NCBI RefSeq assembly: GCF_963921235.1
Contig: NC_086109.1
Location: 22,818,001 to 22,882,000 of the forward strand
Origin: Mobula hypostoma
Lineage: Eukaryota
DNA length: 64,000 nucleotides
Reading direction: 5' to 3'
Part shown: one piece after another, positions 12,128 through 23,169 of the stretch
Layout of the letters: each line of letters opens with the position of its first letter
Position numbering within the stretch: position 1 is the stretch's first letter
The notes under the pieces: generated by a model
Databases searched by the model: none
What the model saw: the letters and a program-made list of their open reading frames with translations, nothing else
Told to the model about the DNA's origin: nothing
Translations under genes and position numbers: made by a program

Positions 12128-12384
12128 GTAAGTAAAAACTTTCCGTGTTTATCCCCGAAACTGGGCTGCAATGAGTTAAATATCAGGCATGGTTGAAACC
12201 CCAAGGGGGACTTTTATTGGTAAATGTGGAGGAACTGTGGCACAATGCCAGTTCCCACTTGCTCTCTGCACGATGTTCAATTATTTACGGCTCCAGAAGC
12301 AAGCTCCCCGTGCCAGCAATGCCTCTCTCCAGCCAATGACTCTCCCTTGTGTGGCGTAAATCCTGATCTACTCTGGCACACTCG

Positions 12385-13929
12385 ATGACCAGTTCCTACA
12401 GCCTAGCCATGTGGATAAGCTGCCTGCTGGAGTTCTACCTGACTAGAGGATACAACTACGTATTTTCCTACCTGCCTGTTCTGCTTTTCCTGACGCTGTG
12501 TGGCCACCGAACTGTGAACGTGTCTGCTCTGAAATGTCACTCCGAGTGCCTTTGCGCCAGTAACATCGTCAGCTGCTCTAAAAAGGGACTGGTTAACATC
12601 CCTACCTCTCTCCCCGAATACACAGCGGTCCTGGACCTTAGCTACAACAGTGTGACGCGCTTGAGAGCCGAGTGGACCACGGTCCGTCTCGACAGACTCC
12701 ACACCCTGCTCCTCAGCAACAATGGCTTGTTCTTTACATCGGAGGAAGCTTTCACGGAGGTGCCGCATCTGAGGTACCTTGACCTGTCCTCCAACAAGCT
12801 GAGAACTCTCGAAGAACTGCACTTCCACGGGCTGGAAGAGCTGGAGGTCCTTCTGCTCTACAATAACCAGATCTCTCAGATTGACCGGACGGCCTTCGAA
12901 GGCCTGGACAGGCTTCAGAAGTTGTACCTGAGTCAGAATCTGATCACTCGATTTCCACAGGAGTTGGTGGAAGAAAGTACCAGGTTGCCCGAACTGGAAC
13001 TTTTGGATGTGTCTAATAATAAGATAAAGTCCCTTCCCATTCAGGAGCTCAAAAATCTACCTGCATATCTTAAAAACGGTCTGTACTTACACAATAATCC
13101 ATTGATCTGTGATTGTAGCTTGTACCTTATGGTCAACCAGTGGTATACTAGGCACTTCAGTTCTGCTGTGGACTTCAGGAATGAATACAAGTGTGTCCTG
13201 CCTTTAAACCACAAGGTGTCCATCAAGCTGTTTGACTTGCAAGAACAGTACATGAACTGCAGCACCATTGTGGATTCGGAGGTGGAGGCCTTCTTGGAGG
13301 GCACCCTGACGATGCACTGCGACACCAGGTTAAGGAACATGATGAAGGTGTGGGTGACGCCAGACAACAAGACCATCGAGGCTGGCCACGACAACCAGAG
13401 TCTCAAGATGCTACCGGACGGCAACCTGCAGCTCAGCAACCTGCGGCCAGAGAACTCGGGGACCTACACCTGCCTGGCCAGCAGCAGCCAGTTCAACGAG
13501 ACGATCCACGTGCAGCTGAGGGTGCACAATTCCACAGCAAGCGCGATGCACGAGACACTGAATACCGCGTACACCACACTGGTCGGGTGTGTTGCCAGTG
13601 TGGTTCTGGTTCTCATCTACTTGTACCTCACGCCGTGCCGGTGCCGGTGCAGGAACAGTGCCGACAAACAGAGAAGCCAGCAGGAAGAAAGCATTCACTC
13701 GTCCATGCTGAGCGCCAGCTCCATCCACGACATCTCTGCGGATAAAGCGGCTGTGGACCGGCGCGTGGCGTTCATCGAGCCAGCCAAGGAAGCACAGGGG
13801 CAGAATGGGAGACACAAACCAAATGCCGTGGAAGAGTTCGAGGATAAGAGACTCTTAACGGTGCCCAGAAAGAAATCTGACTGCGGGTCCGTTGGCTCAG
13901 TGTCCTCAGACTCTCCCATTGTCGTCTAA
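12385..13929 (+). CDS. AMIGO1: Amphoterin-induced protein 1 (LRR + Ig type I membrane adhesion protein)
   Basis: 514-aa intact ORF: signal-like N-terminus, LRRNT (CHSECLCASNIVSCS), six LRRs, LRRCT (NNPLICDC), one Ig domain, AMIGO hallmark ETLNTAYTTLVGCVASVVLVLIYLYLTPCRC; C-terminus SDSPIVV matches AMIGO1 rather than AMIGO2/3; neighbour CYB561D1 agrees. Start may be ATG 12409 (GCCATG, better Kozak). Confidence 0.95.
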   Translation: MTSSYSLAMWISCLLEFYLTRGYNYVFSYLPVLLFLTLCGHRTVNVSALKCHSECLCASNIVSCSKKGLVNIPTSLPEYTAVLDLSYNSVTRLRAEWTTVRLDRLHTLLLSNNGLFFTSEEAFTEVPHLRYLDLSSNKLRTLEELHFHGLEELEVLLLYNNQISQIDRTAFEGLDRLQKLYLSQNLITRFPQELVEESTRLPELELLDVSNNKIKSLPIQELKNLPAYLKNGLYLHNNPLICDCSLYLMVNQWYTRHFSSAVDFRNEYKCVLPLNHKVSIKLFDLQEQYMNCSTIVDSEVEAFLEGTLTMHCDTRLRNMMKVWVTPDNKTIEAGHDNQSLKMLPDGNLQLSNLRPENSGTYTCLASSSQFNETIHVQLRVHNSTASAMHETLNTAYTTLVGCVASVVLVLIYLYLTPCRCRCRNSADKQRSQQEESIHSSMLSASSIHDISADKAAVDRRVAFIEPAKEAQGQNGRHKPNAVEEFEDKRLLTVPRKKSDCGSVGSVSSDSPIVV

Positions 13930-15111
13930 CACAATGGGTTTGAGCCATAGTCTGCACAGCGGGCACAGGCTTCTGGCAGGCTGCCGGGTGAGTGGTGCCG
14001 ATGTTTAGCAATGCTTCATCAGGAGTCAAGGGGTCACCCATATGGGTCTCGATTTGCTAAAACAATTAGCAGCAACATCGCCAAGGCACAACCTGAAAAG
14101 GCAGACTGAAGGATCACAGCAAGATCTTAACTGTTGAAGATAATCCATATTTATTTTTCTTAAATTATTTTGTACTCCAAGCTGGCTTACTGTGTATAGG
14201 CTCTGCAGCTTTCTAAACTACCATTTTACTCCACTAGTGACTGGATCGACTGAGTCGAGTGGCTGATGCGGCTAAACCCATTTAGCCAGTAGGGCATGCC
14301 CACAGGTGACCCACAGGATTCTAAAGAAATATTCAAAAAGGTCGGAGTAACAGAAAAGCCCTCTATTGGCCCAATAAGACAGGCATAAGGGGAATGAAAT
14401 GCTAACCACCTTGTACATCAGCAAAAGCAAAATAATAATGACAAAGGTGGAATAATCTTAAACAGTGGCCAGTTAATTAGAGAATCACCAACCCGTCATT
14501 CCAGCAGAAATTCATAACGGTGGCATCGCAGCATGCATCTGGGAACAAGCTTACTGAGGGATCACTGGTTGTCCTACAGCAGTGGATGACAGACCTGGAC
14601 GTTCAGAGTCAGTGCACTCTCCCATCTAATTAATCCTGCAACGGTGCACTGAGGCAAAATGGACAGAATTGAACTCAGGATGGTGCACACCGTAACAGTT
14701 TCCAGAACTTACTGAGGAAAATAGGGGGAAAAAAATTCATGAACATCGATAAAGTTCAGTGATGCCTATGGGACTAGTGCCTCAGCTCGTGTGAAACTTG
14801 GTTTATCAGTATTTATCATAATCGATTTACCATCCTTTGGGCTAGAGTGGAATAACAAATTAATGAATGCCTTCTTATCAGGTATTTTGATCCGACCTCG
14901 TCTGAAGTGGGTTGTGTCTGATGAGGCTTGCTCATCTCCAAAGGGTAGCCGCTTGAGGAAGATATTGGAAGGTAACATTAACCAGCACCAATGGAACTGC
15001 TGCACAGGGAGAATTAGCAGAGCAAAGAATACACTGGACCTGACATTAATGCATGCCTGAAACTCAACAAAGCCGGTAAATGAGAGATAAGAGCCAGCTA
15101 ATAAAAAAAAC

Positions 15112-15225
15112 TCTGCATATATATTGCACCTTTCGTGACCTCAGGATAGCCCAGAGCACTTCGCAGCCAATGAAGTACTTTTTAGAAGTATAGTCACTGT
15201 GGTAAAGTGGAAAGAATATGGATTG
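15112..15225 (-). mobile_element. Deu-domain SINE 3' tail remnant in AMIGO1 3' region
   Basis: TGCATATATATTGCACCTTTCGTGACCTCAGGA..CCCAGAGCACTTCGCAGCCAATGAAGTACTTTT.GAAGTATAGTCACTGT matches my recollection of the SacSINE1/AmnSINE1 tail. Confidence 0.65.
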
Positions 15226-16027
15226 GTGCAATAACAGGTTAATCTCAAATATTCCTTGTCTCAGTGTTAAGTGTTATGTTTTATACTGTGTTACTCCAAC
15301 AGTCCAATGCAAGCACTGCAGTACATGAATATTTGCACACCTCTCTATAGCATGCAGTGAAACAGTGTCACCCCCAACTTATCTCTAGCACACTTAACAT
15401 CTCACTGGTTCGTCACCAATTCCCCTACACACAGTCGTAGAGTTTTTAAGGATGATACAAAGTGAAACATCTACATAACTAAAGTTGAATTGGTCTGAGA
15501 TTAAAAACAGGCACTGCATGAAGGCTTGCAAATGGAGTGTACTGCATACATCTGCTTGAAGATGTCGATCTTTATTTCAAAAGTAGTGATTCATGTTTTT
15601 GTGGTGTCTATAATTACAATCTGTTTCAGGGCAACAACACGTCCAAGGAATTTAGACAATCACATGTTGTTTGCGTCTTGTAATTTGTGCCCAGTTTTCT
15701 GTTAAGTGCCTTGATACTTTACCTTGTCTTTATTACTTCATATAGTTCCTCTGGTTTATAGTGTGATAAAGAATATGATGGTTTTTGATAAGAGAGGGAG
15801 AATCAAATGGAAAGAAGGAAAACATACTGACTGTTGAGGTGGTGCGAGGTTTTGACACGATTTTGTTATGATTTACCTGAGGGAGATGTACCCAATACAC
15901 CAAAGTTGTACTGTTGGTGGTTCTGTTCCTCGATTTTAAGATGCTGAGAAGTCTTCTGATTATTGGGGTTCAGTACAAGTTACCATCTCCATAAACAGAG
16001 GGCGTGTTATAGAATCACAAGTGTCTG

Positions 16028-16056
16028 AATAAACCGAGAAAGGTTATCAAAATAAA
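16028..16056 (+). terminator. Candidate proximal poly(A) signals of AMIGO1
   Basis: AATAAA at 16028-16033 and 16051-16056, ~2.1 kb after the stop. A distal ATTAAA at 17705-17710 is an alternative. Confidence 0.35.
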
Positions 16057-16404
16057 TGATTAAAGAGTAGATAATCTAAAAATAAGTTGTGTAAAGAGAA
16101 AACAAAAAAAAAATCAGGCTCCATCATCCCCCGGGTTCTCTCTCTCCAATCTTTGATGTGAAAACAGAAAATGCCAGAAACATTCAGAAGGTCAGCCAGC
16201 ACTTGTGGAAAGAGCAACAGAGTCAGTGTTCTGGTTTCATTTCAGATTTCCAGCAGCTGCGGTTCTTTTGTTCCAGTTTATTGATATTTGAGCAAGATTA
16301 ATCACTAACTTTATATTTTTATGCAAAAAAATCCCCAGTTGTTTTTCCTACAGAGCTAGCAGTACTGGATGTGCAGCAGGGAACAGTATTAAAAAGATCC
16401 AGTT

Positions 16405-16680
16405 GCAATGCAGCAGTTTGTAAACAGCATGCTCCCAGATTTAGCAACACAATGGCTAGGTGGTTTTACTTTACTGATGTTGGCTGTGAGATAAAGTATT
16501 AACCAGGCTGCCAGAGAGATCTCCCCTGTTATTCTTGGCATTGATTTCATCAGAACATTTACCACCACCTTTAAGTTCAGAGCCTTAGGTTACATCTCTT
16601 CTGAAAAATGACACTGGCACTTGCATTAGCTCTAGTGCAGCACAGGGAAGGTCAGACTGGATCATGTGCTTGTGTCCAGC
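16405..16680 (-). mobile_element. Deu-domain SINE body remnant
   Basis: GATGTTGGCTGTGAGATAAAGTATTAACCAGG..AGAGAGATCTCCCCTG.TATTCTT...GTCAGACTGGATCATGTGCT resembles the reverse Deu domain. Confidence 0.55.
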
Positions 16681-19184
16681 CAAATTGGGGTAGACGCCTT
16701 TTGCTGCAATTGCAATAGATCACCTAATAACTTTAGACACGCACCATATCACCAAACAACAGCCAGATTTCCAAGTACTTGGGTAGTGGTCAGTGTAGTA
16801 CTTGCTTTTACAAAAGCACTTTGTTCAGAGATCTGCACTTATCCCGCAATCAGGGATTAATGCAGAACTGGCAATATAGCTAGGGTCCATCAGTTCCAAA
16901 TTGCTCCAAGCTGACTCAGCCATCATATTCATATGCCTGTTTGTGAACTCAAAGATGTTTTTTTAAAAAAAACAGCAAACAAATAGTGTAAAATATTGTT
17001 CGGTCAATCATGTTGTTGAATGCATCAGCAGAGAAAACTGTTATCTTACTGGCTTTTCTCAAGTGTCTTGAAAGCAAAGCATAGGAGACTGCCCTCTGCA
17101 GCGGTATCTATGTCCCTCCTAATGTCACTCTTGTACAATGTATTGTGATTTTGGTAGCAACTTATCATATTGTGTAACTGTAAACTCATCTGTGTGCATA
17201 GAGTCTAGAGCAGAAGTCTTGCCAGCTCTCATCCTATCCTTCGTCGTGAGTCCCTTTTCAATAACAAGCCTTTGGCTGTCAGTGTGCGCAAAGTCCAGTT
17301 CTTTCCATGGCTGAATACCTTTTGATCAGTTTCAGGGTTTTCTCCTGGAGTAGGGGGTTTCACTGATTATTCTTAATCCAGAGAATGATTGAATCTGATC
17401 ATAACACACCTGCTGCCCTCACCCCAACTAATCTACTGCTAATAATAATAATCTTTTAACAGAAATGCTGTCAACGTAATCCCCTGTTGATGAAAATGAT
17501 CTAGCTCGCATTGCATCTCCTGATAGGAAATTACCAAATCCAGCGTGAATTATACTCATTCAACTCTCAATATCATTGTCAAGAGTTTTGGTTCGATAAA
17601 ATGCAGTATTTTTAATGTATAATTAATGTATTGTTAATTTCTGAATTCCTGGCTGTTCAAGTACTTATGAACAATTTCACCTACATATTTATATGTAGAG
17701 CTGAATTAAAGGTACGTAGAACTTGGAAAAAAATTAACTCTTGCTCTTTTACAAACGTTCTTGGTCCGAATCACCACCTGACACCACAACGATTAAGTGT
17801 AAAGCAAATCTATTTTGGAATCTAAGAGATTTTGTTTTAAATTCTTTAGGGCCACTGGATATTTCCCCTAGCTAAAATAACTCGAGTCTCAGTGGCAGCT
17901 GTAGACAACTTCAGCTGGAAGTCAAATGAATGTCGCAGGTTGAAGTTAGAAATATAGGCAACTCCAAGTTACAAGAAATTTATAACATAAATGTGGGCCA
18001 CTAGACATTATTATCACCAGGGCATGATTTATACTGCACTGGAGAAAGAAGGACAGGACAAGGTGAGATGGGGTGCAAGCTGGCTAGTGTGGAGAATAAA
18101 TACTGGCACGGAGTGGCTCACTAAGTGGTGTTTATGTAATTCTGAGTAACCTTTGAGTGCTTTTTACCATTCCTGCCCTATTCTTCCTTCTCCCTATTCC
18201 CTACATTGAACTTCCACTTAAGCAGAAATTGTGCAATTTACCTCAGTTTATCCAAGCAGCACTGAGTTCTAGCCACTTTGAGTAAAGAAATTTCTCCCCA
18301 ACTCCTTAAATAGCTTATGCATGTTTTACGAATCCCAGGTGGGGGGGGGGGCGGGGTGATAGTGGCAGGCTCGCATTTCCTTGCCTCATTATAACTCTCA
18401 TTTCTACTTCCACTCTGCCTGTAATTGGAGCCACAGTAAAAACGCAGCCGGCAGGCCTTCATACTCCTAAGTATGAATGTAATAATATGTTGTGGGGAAG
18501 CGTATGTGTTCCAATTTTAAATTACCAAATGGAACACTCCTCACAAAGAAACACAATCGTAAGGGTACATGCTGACTTGTTACACAATGCCACGGGGCTG
18601 GAATTTCAATTTCCAGGCTAGAATGTTGTATTTGTCTGTTGCTTTTGTGACTTTACATGTTATTTGGCAGTCTAGTCTGAAATTAAATCCGTAGAAGGTA
18701 TTAGCCATGATTGTGAGATATCATTTTGTAATTTTCCTTTTTATGAAAATCTTCACTGGGGGCACTGGTCATTTGATTTTAACCAACAATAAGAGCTAAC
18801 TGCTGGAGATATCGATGGCTGAGTATTTGTCTTTTTGATAGCACACAGAAAGATTTCCATGGATGATATGGTATTAAATACCAGGAAATCCACACTGCAT
18901 CTTTCCTCCCAAAACAGACTGGAATGAGACTGTCCATATAAATAGTATGAAATCACAAGCCTTTATAAACGCCTGCCTCTCAGAGGTACACCAGAAAGCT
19001 TTACCTAATCTAGAAAGAGATAGGCAATTATTCTCATTTTAATCAGCGCGGGTCTTAGAATCACAGAGGTGCACAGCATAAAAATAAGCCTTTTGGCCTT
19101 GATGTACACCGAGAGTGAAAAGTGCTGTGAAAAACACAAATCTTTCTTTCTAAACCTTGTATTACCGATCTATGATAAGATCAG

Positions 19185-19482
19185 TTTTATTTATTTTTAT
19201 TTATTGGGATGCAGCGTGGAATAGGCCCTTCCGGCCCTTTGAGCCACATCGCCTAGCAATCTCCCGATTTAATCCTAGCCTAATCGGGGGTAATTTACAA
19301 TGACCAATTAACCTACCAACTGGTACGTCTTTGAACTGTGGAAGGAAAATGGAGCACCCAGAGGAAACAGACGCAGTCACGGCGAGAACATACAAACTCC
19401 TTACAGAGAGCAGCGGGAATTGAACCTGGTTTGCGTGGACTGTAAAGCATTGTGCTAACCAGTACACTACTATGCCCCCCAG
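19185..19482 (-). mobile_element. V-domain SINE (HE1-like), near full length
   Basis: tRNA-like head, V-domain GGGTGCTCC..TTTCC, CR1-like tail GAAGGGCCTATTCCACGCTG and (TAAA)n. Confidence 0.85.
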
Positions 19483-19525
19483 TGTAGGGTCCAATTACAC
19501 AGGACTACATCCCAATTATATAAAG

Positions 19526-19607
19526 CAGGGGATCCCAAACTTTTTTAATGCCATGGACTCCTACCATTAACTAAGGGGTCTGTGGACCCCAGTTTGGGAA
19601 CTCCCAG
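19526..19607. mobile_element. Tiny hAT-type MITE (~80 bp)
   Basis: CAGGGGATCCCAAAC...GTTTGGGAACTCC terminal inverted repeats; related copy at 30628-30695. Confidence 0.65.
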
Positions 19608-20949
19608 AAAGTGTTGCTGTTTCTTGATGATTTACTGCTGGGCAACTCACTGTACAATGGCGTGCCTTGAATTGTTTACCTTCTAGAATCTGTCATTATC
19701 CCTTAACATTGTCAGTGATCACAGCACCCCTCAACTGATTAGGAGTTGAACTGGCTCCGGATGATCAATTTAGTAATAGTTGACTTTTCAATTTCAAATG
19801 TTTTTATGTCTAATAGATATTAAAGAAAGGAAAGAAAAACATCAATACAATTTTAAATGATTTTATTCCCTGCATTCTGTTCATTAATCATCAATCCCAG
19901 AAACCTGCAGGGCAGCCCTGGGAGGTTGGTACCTCATTATACACTTGTACAGAGAGATGTGCATCGGGCCTTTGTATTTCCCCTACCTGAACAGCATAAG
20001 TCTCACAGAAAACCCCTGTGGTGCAATTATCTAGACCTATAAATCATCCCTAGCAGCATATTAGTATTTAGAACTGCCATGATTTCAGAGCCGGAATATT
20101 AGCCATTTAGTAAGTTACCACATCTGCCAATGTAGCTGCATTAGATGTATCTATCCATGGCAGAGTTGGAACAACTGACCGCTGCAGGTGACTTGCGGTG
20201 GTCACTTTTGCAGGCAAAGTCTTGCCTTTACATCAAGGACCTGTTCATCAAACATGCTAAATGGAATTGTCGATGAAGAGGTCAGACAGCTCAGAAACAG
20301 GCCACTGTGGACCAACACTGGCAGCAAAAATGTATGCCACCTTAGTCTTTAATTTCATGACCTGGCATATCTCTCACTGGATCATCACTATCCAGCCAAG
20401 GGCACGGCTAAAAATGATAGGCACCAGCTGGGTGAAGTTATACTCCAGGATTAAAGGTGTGCTAATCAACAGAACCACAATGCAATAGACAGCTCTAAAT
20501 GATCTCACAATTAATGAATCTGCTGAAAACAGTTAACTCCTACATACTTACTCATGGATGTTTAAAGGGAAAACAGAGGAGACTCCAAGAACATCTCCAT
20601 CAAGGATAGTGGGGCTTGGCATGCATGTGGGAAAGGCAGTTCAGCCAGGCGTACATATTTTGGTTTCCTACTGGAAGCCAGCTTCTCCTGGGAGAGAGTA
20701 GTGGGATTTATTTTTGCTGCTGTTGTTCAGTTGCTTTGTTGAGTTCAGTGATGTTCTGCCAAGCATTGCGGGCATACTGTGTAGGGACCAGAATATGTGG
20801 CAACACTTGCGGGCTGCCCCCAGGACATCCTTAGGTGTGCTGGTTATTAAAGCAAATGACGCATTTCACTGTATGTTTCGATGTACGCGTGATCGATCAT
20901 CATTTATAAATGAAGCTGAATCTGAACTGGACAGCCAGGTACAAGACCA

Positions 20950-21805
20950 AGTAGGAGGGTTATCTGGGGCAGGTACGAGACCAAGTAAGAGGGCTATCTG
21001 GGACAATGACTCACCTCCCAACACCATCAAAATCATTCCATCGTCAGCAAGACACAAATGAGAAGCACAATAAAATAACCTCTATTTGCCTGTGCCCACA
21101 ACTCTTCAAAGGCTCAACTATCCAAGAGAAAGCAGCCACTTGATTAACACCCTATCCACTCCCCTAAATATCCAGTCCCTCTGTCATAAGTGTGCAGTGG
21201 TACAATGTGTACAATCTACAAAATGCCACTTGCACAGGCCACTCCAACTGCACCTTCCAAACCCATGACCTTTGCCACCAAGAAGGACAAAGATAGCAGG
21301 AACACTGGAAGACCACTACCTGCTGGTCCCCCTCCAAGTCACACAGTGCGGCACAGTACTGCAGCGGTTAGTACAATGCTTTACAGCGCCAGCAATAGGG
21401 CTTCAGTCCCACTACTAAAGAGTTAGTATATTCTCCCTGTGACGCCATGGTTTTCCTCTGGGTGCTCCGGTTTCCTCCCACATTCCAAAGACATCCGGGT
21501 TAGGGTGTATAAGTTGTAGAGCCAGAAGCACTGGGACATTTGAGGTCATCCCCCAGCACATCCTCGGACCATGTTGGTCATTAACACAGATGATGTATTT
21601 CACTGTATATTTCAATGTACATATGACAAATAAAGCTAACTTACTTTCTTCACTTCCATCCTAACTTGAAATATATCGCCTCTTCTTGACTGGCATCGGG
21701 TCTAAATACCGGAGCACTCGACCCAGCAGCACTGTGCGGGCAGCAGTTTCAGCAGAAGGACTGCAGCAGATTAAAGCAGCAACTCACCACTCTTCTCAAG
21801 GGCAA
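20950..21805 (+). mobile_element. Old LINE 3' region (L2/CR1-like) split by a SINE
   Basis: CCCTCCAAGTCACAC..[SINE]..CATCCTAACTTGAAATATATCGCC...CTCACCACTCTTCTCAAGGGCAA; reverse-orientation relative at ~35985-36640. Confidence 0.55.
21348..21650 (+). mobile_element. V-domain SINE, second subfamily (GTGACAAATAAAGCT-type tail)
   Basis: tRNA-like head GCGGTTAGTACAATGCTTTACAG, V-domain GGGTGCTCCGGTTTCCTCCCACATTCCAAAGAC; relatives at 25595, 58423, 20770, 43650, 53175. Confidence 0.8.
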
Positions 21806-22267
21806 GATGTGCCCCTATTGAAACCATATACTGAAAAAGAAACGATCCAAACCTCTAGTCATGATGTTTTTAAAACTCATTCACTGCAGGTAGTTGAATA
21901 ATTATTACTTCTTTCTATTTTAACATTTCACAGTTTAATTCATGTTTTTGTGTAGGAGAAAAATAATGATGACCTTTCATTTAAAAACAATTTAAAGCAA
22001 TCTTGGTGCGCAGTAGTGATATTTCATCTAGATTTACAGCCTTACTATGCTAAGGGATGCCAGGCAGAGAGGCAGTAAAATGTTTGAGTTTTCGTTGAAA
22101 AAAAATATTTGATACTGTTTGTCAGTTCAGTTGCAAAATTTTGTAAATGGATAAAGCAGGGTAGTTGAATTGCATTCTGCAAAAATTGTATTAACTCTTT
22201 GATTGGGCCTTGAGGGTAGTGCATTTTGAAAATGGGCAACAATGGTAAGAATTGTTAAGACAAGAGA

Positions 22268-22452
22268 TTCAGTAGATGTTGGAAATCCAAAATGAAACAC
22301 ACAGAATGATAGATGAAATCAGCAGGTCAGGCACCCATGGAAATGATTAATCAATGGTTCGGGCCGAGACCCTTTTTCCATTCCGTCTACTGTTTATTTC
22401 CACGGATGCTGCCTGACCTTCTGAGTTCCTCCAGTATTTTTGTGTGTTTTGC
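22268..22452. mobile_element. Older Penelope-like terminal-repeat inverted pair
   Basis: CACACAGAATG..CAGCAGGTCAGGCACCCATGGAAAT faces ATTTCCACGGATGCTGCCTGACCTTCTGAG..TTTTGTGTG; same architecture as 55943-56163. Confidence 0.7.
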
Positions 22453-23169
22453 TATGATAAGAATTTGGCAGTGGGACAGTTAGAGACAAGGAGTTACAAT
22501 TTCAAAACATGAGGAATTCATCCAGCTGGAACTGGCAACTTTATCCTACTCAAGGGCAGGAGTTTTACGTTTATTATTCTTGGCTTCATTTGTTTAGTCC
22601 ACAACCCACGTGGAGCTTTCTTTTCTTCTGTCGACCTCCTTCAAAGAAATTGTGCACGTAATCGTTTTGAGTGAAGGCAGTTTTAAATCTATTTAAATTT
22701 TTAAGTAAAGAATCCGAAATGAAGATGTACAGGGAACTGAGAATAAAGGATTTTCCCATGTAAATATTACACTGAGGGGGTAGGACAGTAACAAACATCT
22801 CCATCACGATTGCAAAATCTAAACCGTATTTCCGTTTCATCATATGACATCAGCTCCTATAGCCGCAGTCCCACACTCCCAGCCAGTATTTCCACCCTTA
22901 CAAATACAGCGACTGGAAAGTGAGCAGATTGATTATCATTAGGTTGGTTGGTTCTTAGCTCTCAGTCAGTTTGCTGCCTGCTGTGTGCTAATCTTCACTC
23001 CCACCCATACCAGCAATATTTCCATGTTTGTTAGACAAAAACATTCAAAGCAGATGAAGGCACTGACACATTTCTCCCAGAGTTGTTTACATCAGTGTCC
23101 GTTATTTCTTGGAGATTCTAAGAAAACACCGGAAGCAACCTAATCCCCAGACAGATAAATCTCTATCAA

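Noticed and set aside
12403..14041. Antisense and alternative-frame ORFs of 74-141 aa over AMIGO1
   Set aside because: Expected shadows of a GC-rich CDS; no recognisable domains.
14225..14293. Active hammerhead ribozyme in the AMIGO1 3' UTR
   Set aside because: CUGAUGC rather than CUGANGA and no GAAA after stem II; kept only as a possible structure.
19410..19482. tRNA gene
   Set aside because: tRNA-like A/B boxes are the head of a SINE, continuous with V-domain and LINE-like tail; no cloverleaf.
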